Numbered from the stretch's first letter, positions 29,468 through 40,528 are shown. The stretch: 64,000 nucleotides of DNA from Candidatus Hydrogenedentota bacterium (GCA_963668025.2 CAXXTH010000018.1:320001-384000); one strand, 5' to 3'. Notes: generated from the letters alone by a model not told the origin. Program-made: numbers and translations.

Positions 29468-30952
29468 ATGGTTCTTACCCCATCTCCTGAAAGGCGGTTC
29501 GTTGTGTTTGCAGCAATATGGCGTTTTACGCTCGTGGCGGCCTTGTTCGCCTCGGCGGCCCATGCGGCGATAGAAGAAAAACAGCTTGGCCTGATGAAAC
29601 AAGCCTTCTCCATTCTTTCCTCGGAAGAAAGCCTGCAAGCCGCAGCCTATCTCAACGGCTTGTTGAAAGATACTTCTTTGAAAGACAAAGACTGGCAGAC
29701 CTTTTTCACGGATGGCTTCGAGCCCGCGTGGTATACGCAGACCCTCGAACGGTATTGGGAATATGCCATTACGAGCGCGGGTGAAGGCCAGGAACACGCC
29801 ACATCGATTTCCGTGCTATGTTCGGCGGCGTCCGCCGGACGCGCCCTCGCATACAATGGCATCGCAGGCCAAAGCGCCCCGGGCAGCGTAGCCGATTTAG
29901 CCTTGGCCCGATTGCAACTACTGTCGCCTCGCTTGCGGCCGCAAGATCGCACGGCCGTGCTGGCGCTTCTCGAAGAAACCATGGCGAAAACCACTGAACC
30001 GATCTTTCCCGAGCCTGAAAGCGGGGCTGATGAAAACCGGATGGCCCTGCGCCTGGCCCTGCTCGCGGGCATCTATACCGCCGACGCGGCAGGCGGACAG
30101 GCCCGAGTCAGCAGCCTGTTGCATCTCCCGCCCCGGTATAGCGATTTCTGGCAAAAACACGCGCTTTTTTTATTCGATAATGGCGCTTTAGCAGATGAAC
30201 AAGTGGAAAGCTTGGACATGCTTCTGAGCGTCATCCCGGTGGAATTGCACCGTATAGTGGCCGTGATTGTCCCGGAGGCTACCGGCATCAACAGCCAAGA
30301 GCCTGGCGTCCAGACGCCCGGACAGCTTGTTTTTATCCCAGCCATTCCACTCAGCCAAACCACGAATGCAGCGGAATTCACCGCCCGCTCGGGCCAGCCC
30401 GTGGCCTCTGATTTCACCGTTTTCGCGGCGCAACAAATCAGCCGCGCCATTCAAGCAGAACAACTCGAGCGCCGGCCCGGCCTTGCGGTGCAACGCGACT
30501 GGCTGCTGAGGCGCGCGGGCTCCCAGCAAGATCGATACCTCCGCAAGACGGTTCCCGCTGCGTTTTTCCAGCAAAATCCGGATGAACTGCTCCCTTCCAT
30601 CGCCGTTTTATGGTTTATCGACACCCGCGCCACGTTCAAAATGGCGAAGGATCTGCTGGATATCGGCGTCGGCGACCCCATGGACACCTTTATGCTCGTA
30701 GCGGATTTGTTCTCCGACGGGAGCGACACTACGCCCATTTTTAAGACCGACACGGAAGGGCGCGTTATCATGAACCGCGCGCCATTATCCCGCATCGCAC
30801 TCGAACGCGTCGCCATGCCGCCTCCCTCGGACAACCAGCTCGAAGTCATCCAACAAAGCCTGACATTCGCTTCCTCAATCGCTTTTGACGGCCGTTCGTG
30901 GAATTTCAAACTCAACAGCAAGGGAAGCATCACGGGGCTGATTTCCCGGTAA
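29468..30952 (+). CDS. Hypothetical secreted protein (start uncertain)
   Basis: Long ORF with signal peptide ending AAHA. Confidence 0.65.
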   Translation: MVLTPSPERRFVVFAAIWRFTLVAALFASAAHAAIEEKQLGLMKQAFSILSSEESLQAAAYLNGLLKDTSLKDKDWQTFFTDGFEPAWYTQTLERYWEYAITSAGEGQEHATSISVLCSAASAGRALAYNGIAGQSAPGSVADLALARLQLLSPRLRPQDRTAVLALLEETMAKTTEPIFPEPESGADENRMALRLALLAGIYTADAAGGQARVSSLLHLPPRYSDFWQKHALFLFDNGALADEQVESLDMLLSVIPVELHRIVAVIVPEATGINSQEPGVQTPGQLVFIPAIPLSQTTNAAEFTARSGQPVASDFTVFAAQQISRAIQAEQLERRPGLAVQRDWLLRRAGSQQDRYLRKTVPAAFFQQNPDELLPSIAVLWFIDTRATFKMAKDLLDIGVGDPMDTFMLVADLFSDGSDTTPIFKTDTEGRVIMNRAPLSRIALERVAMPPPSDNQLEVIQQSLTFASSIAFDGRSWNFKLNSKGSITGLISR

Positions 30953-30956
30953 ACGG

Positions 30957-30984
30957 CTCAGGGGCGGACACGTCCGCCCCTGAG
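30957..30984. terminator. Hairpin between convergent genes
   Basis: CTCAGGGGCGGAC-AC-GTCCGCCCCTGAG. Confidence 0.65.
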
Positions 30985-31000
30985 ATCAAGATATGGCAGT

Positions 31001-32806
31001 CTAAGCTTTCTTAACCCGCCGGATACGGCGCGGACGCGTTTGTTTAGGTAGAAAGTCCCGCTGCACATCCAGCGCTAGAACAGATACATCATCCTTGAAA
31101 CGCGCGCCGCCGCACCAATCCTTAACCCGTTGCATGGTTCCAGAGAGGGTGTCTTCGATGCTCTCATCGCGGTAATCCATCAGCGTGCGGATCGCCCGCT
31201 CCTCACCGAAGAGCTTGCGTTGGCGGTTCATGGCGTCCGTAAGGCCGTCTGAATAGATCAGCAAGCGATCACCCCCCCGCAACTGGATGACTTGTTCCGT
31301 ATAGGGCTCCTGCGAAATACCGATGGGGAAGCCCGAGCCCTTCAATGGCCCTGCTTGCCCATCCTCATTCAACAGTAAGGGCGGGGGATGGCCCGCGATC
31401 ACATAGCGCAGCTTGCCGGTCTTTGTGTTCAAGATGCTATAGAACAGCGTGAAAAATTGGCCGCGATTGGCATCCCACGCGAACCGCTGGTTCAACTGGT
31501 TGGCCACTTCCGCCGGAGGCACAATGCGCCTCGCGGACGTATCGCTCTGATGCAGCACCAGCGAAGTGGGGCTGAACGATGGCGACAAGAACCGCCGCAC
31601 GGTCACGGACAGCAGCGCGGCGGCCACGCCATGGCCGCACACATCCAGCACATACGCGCCGATGTGGTCGTGATCGAGCCGGAACACATTCAGAATATCG
31701 CCAGCCAGCTCATCACAAGGTTCTAAACGCCATGCGAAAGAGCCCCAAGCGAACCGAGGCATCTTCGTCGGCAGCAAGGCCTTCTGCACTTCCGCCGCGG
31801 CATCCAAGTTCCGTTTCATGCGCTTATTGGTGGCTTGCAATTGGTCGCGCGCGGCGCGCAGACGGTCTTCCGTGCGTTTAATCGCCGTAATATCCGAATG
31901 AACCGCTACGAAATGCGTCAACCGGCCTTGTTCATCCCGAACCGGCGTCACGGAAACGCGGTTCCAGAATGGGGTGCCATCTTTGCGGTAGTGCAGCATC
32001 TCGATGGTGGCGGGATGCCCTTCGCGCACGGCTTCATCGAGTTCATTCACGGCTTTACCATCCGTGCCAGGGCCTTGGATGAACCGCAGATCTTTCCCGA
32101 TAATGGCCTGCGCCGCATATCCCGTCAGGCGCTCGAAGCCTTGGTTCACATACACTATAGGCCGCCGGGGCTCCTGCGCATCCGTGATGGTGATGCCTTC
32201 CGAGGCGGACGCCATGGCGCGGTTGAGAAAACGCATCTCCTCTTCCGCGCGTTTGCGCGCCGTGATATCGCGAAAGACGCCAAACGCGCCTTGCACAATC
32301 CCATACTCATCGTAAATAGGCCGGGTGGTGATGCTGAGCCACACATCCTGGTCCGTAGCCGTATCCACGACATAGACATCCTCGAGATCCACAGTCTCGC
32401 CCTGCACGGCTCGGCCTAGGGGCCGCTCCGCGTCCGAAATGGGAGTCGTCTTGTCGGCGAGCCACATTTCATAACGATCAGTCCATTGCTCCAGCCGCAT
32501 ATCGAGGAGGTTATCGGTGAAAAGCAGCCGCGCGGCGGGATTGCACAGCACAACCCGCAGGTCCGTGCTGACCACCACAAGGGCGTCGCCCATGCTATCC
32601 AATACCGACTGCAACAGCCGCAACTCCGCAAGCTGCTGGGGCAGGCGCGTTTCTTCCTTCGCGCTCGGCGTGACAGCCGGCTCGGAAACAACCTGCAAAT
32701 CGTCCGGCGCTATACGGCGCTGGACATATTCGCCTTTCGCGGCAGATGTATCCATAATCCCTCGTCTGGGAGTTAATCTTGGCTCTAGTATGGCATTCAC
32801 TGTCAT
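31001..32806 (-). CDS. PAS-PAS-SpoIIE (RsbU/RsbP-like PP2C) phosphatase
   Basis: Two PAS/PAC domains; LAGD, DVCGHG, YSDGL, DDVS. Confidence 0.9.
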   Translation of the reverse strand: MTVNAILEPRLTPRRGIMDTSAAKGEYVQRRIAPDDLQVVSEPAVTPSAKEETRLPQQLAELRLLQSVLDSMGDALVVVSTDLRVVLCNPAARLLFTDNLLDMRLEQWTDRYEMWLADKTTPISDAERPLGRAVQGETVDLEDVYVVDTATDQDVWLSITTRPIYDEYGIVQGAFGVFRDITARKRAEEEMRFLNRAMASASEGITITDAQEPRRPIVYVNQGFERLTGYAAQAIIGKDLRFIQGPGTDGKAVNELDEAVREGHPATIEMLHYRKDGTPFWNRVSVTPVRDEQGRLTHFVAVHSDITAIKRTEDRLRAARDQLQATNKRMKRNLDAAAEVQKALLPTKMPRFAWGSFAWRLEPCDELAGDILNVFRLDHDHIGAYVLDVCGHGVAAALLSVTVRRFLSPSFSPTSLVLHQSDTSARRIVPPAEVANQLNQRFAWDANRGQFFTLFYSILNTKTGKLRYVIAGHPPPLLLNEDGQAGPLKGSGFPIGISQEPYTEQVIQLRGGDRLLIYSDGLTDAMNRQRKLFGEERAIRTLMDYRDESIEDTLSGTMQRVKDWCGGARFKDDVSVLALDVQRDFLPKQTRPRRIRRVKKA

Positions 32807-32835
32807 GGCTTTCCAAGCCTTTATGTTGAATCGTT

Positions 32836-32945
32836 GATGTTCCCCAAACGGGGAAAGAATAGCCTCGGCGATTCGAGGCCGCGACGGATCGGTTAGATCC
32901 CCATGTGGAAACTACACAAAGCTTCCACCCCCTTGGGGCAACATC
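32836..32945 (-). ncRNA. Candidate structured 5' leader RNA (multi-stem junction)
   Basis: Closing stem 32836-32847/32933-32945 encloses three hairpins; TATAAT at 33004-33009 on minus strand. Confidence 0.35.
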
Positions 32946-33445
32946 GATGTCTTTGCTGGTTCATATCGAGATTCCTCGTCTCGCAACGTTATCTTTGATG
33001 TATATTATACCCTACGTATGCATATTCGTTGCATCGCTCATTAAAAAATAACAGGGAAGCATCAGCGCCTTAAACTCCCGCTTCTATAAAAAACAAGTAA
33101 CACTTTGGCCAAGTGGTACAGAATGGCCAACAAGGGCGCCGGCCGTGGTCCTAAAATCCGGCTCTTTGATTGCGGGCATGCCGCGTGTTGGGCCTTGTAT
33201 TCTTTGCGCCTTCGCGGCTTCGCGTGAAACACATTATTATAGATTGTACACACTACTACTACTAGTACGCCCATCCAATTTATACTCACTCAAAGCCGCC
33301 AAGAACACAGATCCAAATGAGAATAATCAGCGTTATGCCGTTCCATTGGGTGGTGGGCAGCGCCCACGTCAGGAATACTCGCTCCGCCTTGCAGCGGCAT
33401 GATACACTTATCCCATGCAAATCCATGGCATTGGAAAGGAAATAT

Positions 33446-34087
33446 ATGTTGAATAAGCCTAAAGAAAAACGAGGCGCCCGCCGGGCCGCCCGCGATGTAT
33501 CTCATGATTTTGATAAAGACATATGGAAACCCGGCACTTTGTTGTGTCCTGTTCCCGCAGTGATGTTGACATGCGCGGACGAAGACGGCCATGCCAATAT
33601 CATCACGGTGGCCTGGGCGGGCACCGTGTGCAGCGAACCGCCAATGTTGTCCGTCTCCATTCGCGAAGAACGCCACTCCTATGGCCTTATCACAAAGACC
33701 GGCCAATTCGTGGTGAATATCCCTTCCGTGGATCAGGTCCGCGCCATGGATTACTGCGGCGTGGTATCCGGCCGCGATATAGACAAATTCGCCGAGACCG
33801 GGCTTACCCCCACGCCTGCGGCGCAGGTGCGTCCTCCGTTGATTGCCGAATGCCCCATCAACATCGAGTGCGAAGTGCGCCAAACATTGAATCTCGGCAG
33901 CCACGCCATGTTCGTGGCGGAGATCCTTCAAGTCCATGTAAACCACCGGATGGTCACCGCATCCGGGCGCTTCGCCCTCGAACAGGCGCGATTGGCCGCA
34001 TTCGCCCACGGCGGATATTACGCCTTGGGCAAAAAAATAGGCTTCTTCGGCTATTCCGTGCAGAAAAAGACCAAGAAAGATGCCTGA
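33446..34087 (+). CDS. Flavin reductase family protein
   Basis: PVPAV, NIITVAW, PPMLSVSI, FVVNIP, SGRDIDKF, IAECP..IEC, LGSH. Confidence 0.9.
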   Translation: MLNKPKEKRGARRAARDVSHDFDKDIWKPGTLLCPVPAVMLTCADEDGHANIITVAWAGTVCSEPPMLSVSIREERHSYGLITKTGQFVVNIPSVDQVRAMDYCGVVSGRDIDKFAETGLTPTPAAQVRPPLIAECPINIECEVRQTLNLGSHAMFVAEILQVHVNHRMVTASGRFALEQARLAAFAHGGYYALGKKIGFFGYSVQKKTKKDA

Positions 34088-34105
34088 TATGGCGGGAAAC
34101 GGAGG

Positions 34106-35899
34106 ATGCCTAACCACGGAAACCTTGCCGTGAAGCGCGCTTCCATCGCACTGCTCCTCCTGATCGCCGCAGGCATCGCGGCCCGCGTGATATGCCCCGC
34201 CGCCGATCCACCGCTGCATCGCCAAAGCGGCGCGACGTGGTGGGATGAATATATCGCCCATGACGCGCGAAACGCTGTCCTATGGGGCAATTACGCCACG
34301 GACGCCTACCGCTCGATGCTCGAGGCCCCGCTGCATGTCTATCTCACGCGGCTGACGTTTGAGGCTTTCGGCGTACACTACTGGAGCCTGCGTTTGCCCG
34401 CCATGGCGGGCGGAGTGGCGTCGCTCTTTCTATTATATTGGTTGATTCGCGTTGCAGGAGGCTCTCGTATCGCCAGCCTCCTCGCTACGGCATTCGCCGC
34501 CATATCCTGGTGCTTAATAGGCATCAGCAGAACAGCCATCGTGGAATCAACGCTATTGCCGTGCCTATTGCTGGCCTTACTCGGCGTATGCATGGGCGAA
34601 TCAAGGCGGCGTATTGGATGGTACGCCATGGCTGGCGTTTGTGGCGGCCTCGCCTTTCTCACGAAAATGACGGCAGGCGCATTGCTGCTCCCCATGGCGG
34701 CCTATCTGGCCTTTGGCGCATGCGCCAGCGCATCCTCCCCCCCATCGCCGCGCTGGCGCGCCACACGGACCTGCGCCTTCGCTATTCCGATGGCCACCGT
34801 AGCGTGTGCGGGATATGCGGCCTGGGTGCTGCCCCACTACCGCGCTTTTCAAACGCTCGTGCTCGATACCCAGGCGGCGGGCCGCCTGCATAACTCGCTG
34901 GCCATGCTGGGGCTTAACATCCCTTTTCTCCTCGAATCGCAAGCCTTTCTCACCACACCCGCCCTCTTCATCGCCGTGTTTTTGTGCCTGCCCGGACTCA
35001 TCAGCGCCCGCAAATGCGCGCCGCTAGGCCACACGGCCTCAATGCAGCGCTTCGCTCTAGGCCTTGTGCTGGCTACAAGTATCGGTGGAACTTGCATTTA
35101 CGTGTGGTTTGACGTAGTGGCGCGCCGGTTCGCCTGGGCCACATTCATCGCTGCCTTCCTTGCCGCCTGCGCATGGGACACCCAGGAAGAACACGAAGAT
35201 GCTCCCCCATCGAACCATTTTCAACACATATTGCGCTTCACGTGCTGCATGGTGTCGGGCTTAATCGCCATAGGATGGGCTTTTTCCCCCAATGGCGGGC
35301 TCCTTGCCTTCTTGACGCCCGCCCTCGCCGCCCACATGCTCTACGACATGCCCATCAAGATCACTTATAAACTGCTCTGGCTTGCACTCGGCGCTGGCGT
35401 GGGCGCACTCGTTTGGCGCGCCCTCCGCACACATTGGGAAAGCATATGGCGCAACCGGCGCCGCATGCTTGCCGCCGCTCTGGTGTTCCAAGGGGCATAC
35501 TTCGCCATGGCGGCAGGCTTATATGCGGCGCGCTGCACGTACACCATCCAAAACGCTTCACGGGCCATGGCCAATTATGCACAGCCGGGTGAATATGTGC
35601 TTGGGGTGGATGCACTCGCCATTTGTTTTGAAAATGATACCCGGCCTTTGGCCTGGTATCCCGGCATTCTCTGGGGCAACCGGGATGAATCCGTCCTGGA
35701 ATCTACGTTCAAGCCCCGTTTTCTGCTCACTGCGGCATTCCGCATCCCCACGATAAACCGTTCTTCCTCCGCATACATCAAAAGCTTCATAGACCATCCC
35801 ATCGCGCGGTTTCCTCTATTTGAACTCAATGAATGCCCTGCGCTCAAAGGAGATCTGGTGTTGTTTGAACGGGATAGCTCAACTGCGGATTCACCTTAG
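34106..35899 (+). CDS. ArnT/PMT-like GT39 membrane glycosyltransferase
   Basis: WWDE, PLH, RLP, LAFLTK; multiple TMs. Confidence 0.8.
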   Translation: MPNHGNLAVKRASIALLLLIAAGIAARVICPAADPPLHRQSGATWWDEYIAHDARNAVLWGNYATDAYRSMLEAPLHVYLTRLTFEAFGVHYWSLRLPAMAGGVASLFLLYWLIRVAGGSRIASLLATAFAAISWCLIGISRTAIVESTLLPCLLLALLGVCMGESRRRIGWYAMAGVCGGLAFLTKMTAGALLLPMAAYLAFGACASASSPPSPRWRATRTCAFAIPMATVACAGYAAWVLPHYRAFQTLVLDTQAAGRLHNSLAMLGLNIPFLLESQAFLTTPALFIAVFLCLPGLISARKCAPLGHTASMQRFALGLVLATSIGGTCIYVWFDVVARRFAWATFIAAFLAACAWDTQEEHEDAPPSNHFQHILRFTCCMVSGLIAIGWAFSPNGGLLAFLTPALAAHMLYDMPIKITYKLLWLALGAGVGALVWRALRTHWESIWRNRRRMLAAALVFQGAYFAMAAGLYAARCTYTIQNASRAMANYAQPGEYVLGVDALAICFENDTRPLAWYPGILWGNRDESVLESTFKPRFLLTAAFRIPTINRSSSAYIKSFIDHPIARFPLFELNECPALKGDLVLFERDSSTADSP

Positions 35900-36006
35900 C
35901 TCCGCAGGCTGGCATGGTGTATAATGCAGTTTCGCCGCATGCGAAGGTTGCAATAGATTATTAAGGCATAACAAACGCATCTAGGCCACGAAATGACTTG
36001 AAATAT

Positions 36007-36069
36007 GCCACATAAATCACAAGAAATCACAAGAAATTCTTCTTTCGAGTTGCTTGCGCCTTATGTGGC
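36007..36069. repeat. Palindromic repeat (CCACA/CACAAG family)
   Basis: GCCACATAA...TTATGTGGC arms with internal AATCACAAGA units. Confidence 0.5.
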
Positions 36070-36207
36070 TAATATTCCGCTGGCGGGACAAGAAAGTTGT
36101 ATACGGCGCATACGCTTTTGTATCATGATAGGTAGTATTAATTGCTAGTTCTTAATTGTTTAAGGCTAGTTCTTACTTGCACGAAAACAGAGAAAGGGGC
36201 CCGTTCC

Positions 36208-37485
36208 ATGTTTCCGGTATTAAACGACTCAAGCATCGAAAAATCGTATGGAAACGCTCGTGAGGTGTACGCCCAATATGGCGTGGATACAGAAGCCGCC
36301 ATGAAAAAACTGGCAGCCATCGCCATTTCCTTTCATTGCTGGCAAGGCGATGATGTGGGCGGATTCGAAGGGCAGACGAGTTTCGAAGGTAGCGGCATTG
36401 CAGCTACGGGCAATTATCCTGGAAAACCGCGCACGGCGGATGAACTGCGCGCCGACCTTGATAAAGCCCTCAGTCTTGTACCTGGCACGCACCGCCTCAA
36501 TCTGCAAGCCTCCTATGGCGATTTTGCTGGCAAAAATGTGGACCGTAATGAATACCAGCCAGAATTCTACACCGCCTGGATCGATTGGGCGAAATCGAAG
36601 GGTATGGGACTAGATTTTAATCCCACCTGTTTTGGCCACCCAAAAGCCTCGACTAGCTTCACCCTCTCCCACAGCGATTCCGGTATCCGCCAGTTCTGGG
36701 TCGAACACTGCATCGCAAGCCGCAAGATCGGCGCGCATATGGGCAAATCCCTTGGCACGCCATGCGTGACCAATATATGGATTCCGGACGGCTTTAAGGA
36801 TATTCCCGTAGACCGCATGGCCGCCCGCAAACGCCTTGCCAACTCCCTGGATGCCGTTTTGGCGGAGAAGATAGATCCGGCGTATAATCTCGATGCCGTC
36901 GAGAGCAAGTTGTTCGGTATCGCCTCCGAAAGCTGCGTAATCGGCTCGCATGAGTTTTATATGGGATACGCTCTCCGAAATAATATTCTCGTTTGTTACG
37001 ACATCGGCCATTTTCATCCCACGGAAGTCGTATCGGACAAGATTTCCAGCACATTGCTGTTCCTTAACGAGATTCTGCTCCACTTCAGCCGCGGCGTGCG
37101 CTGGGACAGCGACCATGTCCTCACCTATACAGATGAAGTACGGGCGATTACCGAGGAAATCGTGCGCAACGATTTCCTGAATCGGGTGCATATTAGTCTT
37201 GACTTCTTCGATGCCAGCATCAACCGTGTGGCCGCTTGGGTCATCGGTTCCCGCGCCCTGCTGAAGGCCCTCCTTCACGCGCTGCTCGAACCGACGCCCA
37301 TGCTCAGGAAACTGGAGGAAGATGGCGATAATACCTCGCGCCTAGCCATGCTTGAAGAGGTGAAGGCTTTGCCGATGAGCTCCATATGGGATTATTACTG
37401 CATGCGCCAGAATGTCCCCGTGGGCGCGGCGTGGCTCAACGAAATCAAACAATACGAAACGGATGTGCTGTTCAAACGCAGCTAA
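36208..37485 (+). CDS. rhaA: L-rhamnose isomerase
   Basis: HCWQGDDV, TGNYPG, DFNPT, DAVESKLFGI, GHFHPTE, RWDSDHV, LDFFDASINR. Confidence 0.97.
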   Translation: MFPVLNDSSIEKSYGNAREVYAQYGVDTEAAMKKLAAIAISFHCWQGDDVGGFEGQTSFEGSGIAATGNYPGKPRTADELRADLDKALSLVPGTHRLNLQASYGDFAGKNVDRNEYQPEFYTAWIDWAKSKGMGLDFNPTCFGHPKASTSFTLSHSDSGIRQFWVEHCIASRKIGAHMGKSLGTPCVTNIWIPDGFKDIPVDRMAARKRLANSLDAVLAEKIDPAYNLDAVESKLFGIASESCVIGSHEFYMGYALRNNILVCYDIGHFHPTEVVSDKISSTLLFLNEILLHFSRGVRWDSDHVLTYTDEVRAITEEIVRNDFLNRVHISLDFFDASINRVAAWVIGSRALLKALLHALLEPTPMLRKLEEDGDNTSRLAMLEEVKALPMSSIWDYYCMRQNVPVGAAWLNEIKQYETDVLFKRS

Positions 37486-37497
37486 TCAAGAAGAATC

Positions 37498-37536
37498 CAG
37501 CCGGGCGCGATACTCATCCGCGCCCGGCTGTTTTTT
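37498..37536 (+). terminator. Intrinsic terminator of rhaA
   Basis: CAGCCGGGCGCG...CGCGCCCGGCTG + T6. Confidence 0.8.
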
Positions 37537-37567
37537 GGGGCTATGCATTTGGAAATAAGCAAATGGT

Positions 37568-38719
37568 TTAAGTAGACATTGGGCGGGGATATGGCCACTG
37601 GTCCAATGCAAACTTCCAGCACGTTTCTACCTTCTGTATATCGATTTCGTGCAGTGTGAAGGCGTTTTTTCGATATCCCTTGCATTTGCCTAGATACGCT
37701 TCCATCTGAGAGCGGGCTTCTTGCCAGCCGGAAAAATTCAAGCCGGCATACACCCGCTCGAGCTCTTCAAGCGGATGCGCATCCAGGTCTTCAAACGTGA
37801 TCTCGATCAGATGGCCCGGCGGAATTAGGTGCCGCTCATCCAAATAACGCTGCATCATTTCTTCGTAAAAAGACAGGACGGCCTCTTCAATCTCGGCGTC
37901 ACCAATACGTTGAAACGCCAGCATATCGATCATCTTGCGGTGAAGTCGTTGAGTGGATTTAAACACGATATAAGGATTGCGGCGGATGTGGACGAATTTC
38001 GCATCCGGGTACATCTCCAATAAGAGCGGTATGCGAGCCGTATTCGCCGGATTCTTGAGCAGAAGTTGTCCTCCGTGTCCATGAATGGCTGCTTTGCGAA
38101 GAATGGACTGGTAAGCCTGCTTCCACGCCTGCCGCTCCGTTTCTGTTATCCCCTCGAGCAGCACGGCTTTCTGAAAACACTCCTTCAGCAAATGCGGAAA
38201 ATACCATCCCACGTACGGTGAAAGCATGGTGATATTGCAGAGCGCAAGCTCCTCTTCTTGCGGCACATCCGGCGACAAGGCCATGTTGTCCATGGGCCGC
38301 CGCTCGGGCATGAAGAAACGCACCAGCGGGCGTATCGCATTCACTCCCACCAAAAACGAATTGGGCGCTTGCGTTTGCGTCATCGTCACATACGAAAATG
38401 CTGGATCTTGGCAGAGCAGATTATGGAGATGCGTCGTGCCGGAACGCCAATGGCCTATGATGAACACCGGCGGCGCGTTTAGCTCCTGCTGCTCCACCAA
38501 GCTCTCATACGACAGGCGCTCCCACATGCGAAAAGGCGCAGTCATCGGACTCACTAGAGACACAAAAAACGCCACCGCCATCCCATGCGGCGCATCAATG
38601 CCTCTTCCTTTCGTTAATAAGCGAATCCAATGGCGGAAAGAATTCAACGCCAGCGGATGCCATAGGATGGGATGTGTTTGCATGATATTCCTTAAGCGGA
38701 AGAACGCTTGCAACTGCAT
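37568..38719 (-). CDS. Sulfotransferase family protein (start may be 38683)
   Basis: PVFIIGHWRSGTT PAPS loop, RPMDN, PQEEE, LKNP, RNPY. Confidence 0.9.
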   Translation of the reverse strand: MQLQAFFRLRNIMQTHPILWHPLALNSFRHWIRLLTKGRGIDAPHGMAVAFFVSLVSPMTAPFRMWERLSYESLVEQQELNAPPVFIIGHWRSGTTHLHNLLCQDPAFSYVTMTQTQAPNSFLVGVNAIRPLVRFFMPERRPMDNMALSPDVPQEEELALCNITMLSPYVGWYFPHLLKECFQKAVLLEGITETERQAWKQAYQSILRKAAIHGHGGQLLLKNPANTARIPLLLEMYPDAKFVHIRRNPYIVFKSTQRLHRKMIDMLAFQRIGDAEIEEAVLSFYEEMMQRYLDERHLIPPGHLIEITFEDLDAHPLEELERVYAGLNFSGWQEARSQMEAYLGKCKGYRKNAFTLHEIDIQKVETCWKFALDQWPYPRPMST

Positions 38720-38796
38720 TGGCCCATGCGTTTTAGAACAAAAGGCTTTGCGCCGGACGCAAAGCCTTTTTCCTAAACAATTGCTTAAATGCTTCC

Positions 38797-40254
38797 TTAT
38801 TGGACAGGCTCGGGATCTTGGGCGCGGTAAACCGTCATTCCTACCACGTCATCCGCGGTGCCTACATAGAAGGTGTCGCCAACGGATTTCATGGTTCGAA
38901 AACCATGAGTGGTTTCCACGCCAAACGCATTGAGCGTTACAGGATACCACTGGACGCCATCGGGGCTTTTGAACATATCCGCCCCAGACCGCATGCCCTT
39001 GTTAAATAAATATTCAATAAGCTCTTTCACACTCGACGCCTTCGAACCCGTGTTCTTCTGGAACATATCCAATATGGAAGAGAAATTAGTGGCAAGAGAC
39101 ACCAGCGCATTCGCTTGATCAAACGTTGTGGCATAGAGCCAGCCATTATGCTCTTCCATTTGCCATAGGTAGGCGTTGGTGAAGAAGTTGAAACCGGAAC
39201 CATATCCCGAGATCGAGTCCGGCCCGACCACTGTCTCCCAGGAATCGTCTTTGGTGATGCGGATCAGATCAAAGCCCTTGAAGCCATTGCCCGTCGAGGG
39301 ATTGACTCCACCCACAAAAAGCAGGCTTCCCATGTACAGCTTATCCTTGAAGACATACGGCGTGCCCACCGTCTCATTACGTGAATCAGGACCGCCGTAG
39401 GCCACTACGCGCACGGCTTCGGCAACAGGCCGATCCGGGCCCGCAAATCGCCATATTTCATATCCAGTAGCGTAATTTGACGTGCCCGCATACAACCAGC
39501 CATTCCAACTGATGAGGCATTCGATCTCGCGGTTGTCCGCATTGCCAAAACCGTCATCAATGGCCTTCCAATATGTTGCGCCGTCGGTAGCCCATATCGT
39601 GCCGATAGCCGGCAAATAGGGATCATCATTGGCCACGGCGATATACAGAATGCCATTATGTTCTTCCATATAGCGGATCGACCCGAACTGCTCGAGCCGC
39701 CATGCTTCCGTCCATGAACCCGGCTCCCCTGTCGCCGAACGCCATATAGCAGGATAATCGCCCATCGTGGAAGCATACAGATAATTCACCCCATCGGATT
39801 GCGCCCGGTATTGCGTCATGTAGCGGAATCCCAAGGTGCGGTATTCATCTGTTCCCGGAATATCACGGAAGTCCAATACCGTTTCCCATGCCTGCGAACC
39901 CTGCTCCGGGCGATAGCGCACGATTTCCGGCTGCATAAATGGCAAGTCATCCACGCTGCCGCTTCCCAGCGCTTCCATCATGCGGGCCAAGGTGAATTGT
40001 CCCAGATTGTTGCACGTGCCCACATATAGGAAACCTTCACTTGCTCCATCCGGAACAAAATAATCCATCGACCAGGCGTACTCATTATGGTCTTGTGCGA
40101 AATCCTCCGCTCCCAGGCCGTACTCCATAATTGTGGAAAAATCATTGGCGCTGAAGCCCTGGATACTGGACGTCACATTGCATTGTGACAAGAAGCCGCA
40201 TGCCAGCGGCGCGACTAACCCCAACAGTATTATCTTTTTACGCACTATACTCAC
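38797..40254 (-). CDS. Secreted beta-propeller hypothetical protein
   Basis: Signal peptide; repeated YAWSM / LYxGT / GF blades. Confidence 0.7.
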   Translation of the reverse strand: MSIVRKKIILLGLVAPLACGFLSQCNVTSSIQGFSANDFSTIMEYGLGAEDFAQDHNEYAWSMDYFVPDGASEGFLYVGTCNNLGQFTLARMMEALGSGSVDDLPFMQPEIVRYRPEQGSQAWETVLDFRDIPGTDEYRTLGFRYMTQYRAQSDGVNYLYASTMGDYPAIWRSATGEPGSWTEAWRLEQFGSIRYMEEHNGILYIAVANDDPYLPAIGTIWATDGATYWKAIDDGFGNADNREIECLISWNGWLYAGTSNYATGYEIWRFAGPDRPVAEAVRVVAYGGPDSRNETVGTPYVFKDKLYMGSLLFVGGVNPSTGNGFKGFDLIRITKDDSWETVVGPDSISGYGSGFNFFTNAYLWQMEEHNGWLYATTFDQANALVSLATNFSSILDMFQKNTGSKASSVKELIEYLFNKGMRSGADMFKSPDGVQWYPVTLNAFGVETTHGFRTMKSVGDTFYVGTADDVVGMTVYRAQDPEPVQ

Positions 40255-40528
40255 CCTCCATCTCCTTTAATGGTTTCTTCGCTGTTTTTAGCCAATGCAA
40301 ACTCCACCCTGGCATGGCTCTTTTGCTTACGATATTAGCCATAAAGGCTAACATAAATGAAGAGCATACGTCGAAACCGGAACAGAAGGCAAGAAAATCA
40401 ACTAAAAGCACAGAATCGTTTAAATTTACTCTGGAATAGATCAAAACAGGCAGGAAAGCAGGAAACCGATGGGCATTTCGCCTCACCATGATATTGCCAG
40501 AAGATAGCCCGATTCATCCACTCATAAT

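Noticed and set aside
31835-32250. LOV photoreceptor in second PAS domain
   Set aside because: Reads GKDLRFIQ, lacking the essential Cys of GxNCRFLQ
40185-40489. Short ORFs between pilin and propeller gene
   Set aside because: No motifs or clear SD; likely intergenic
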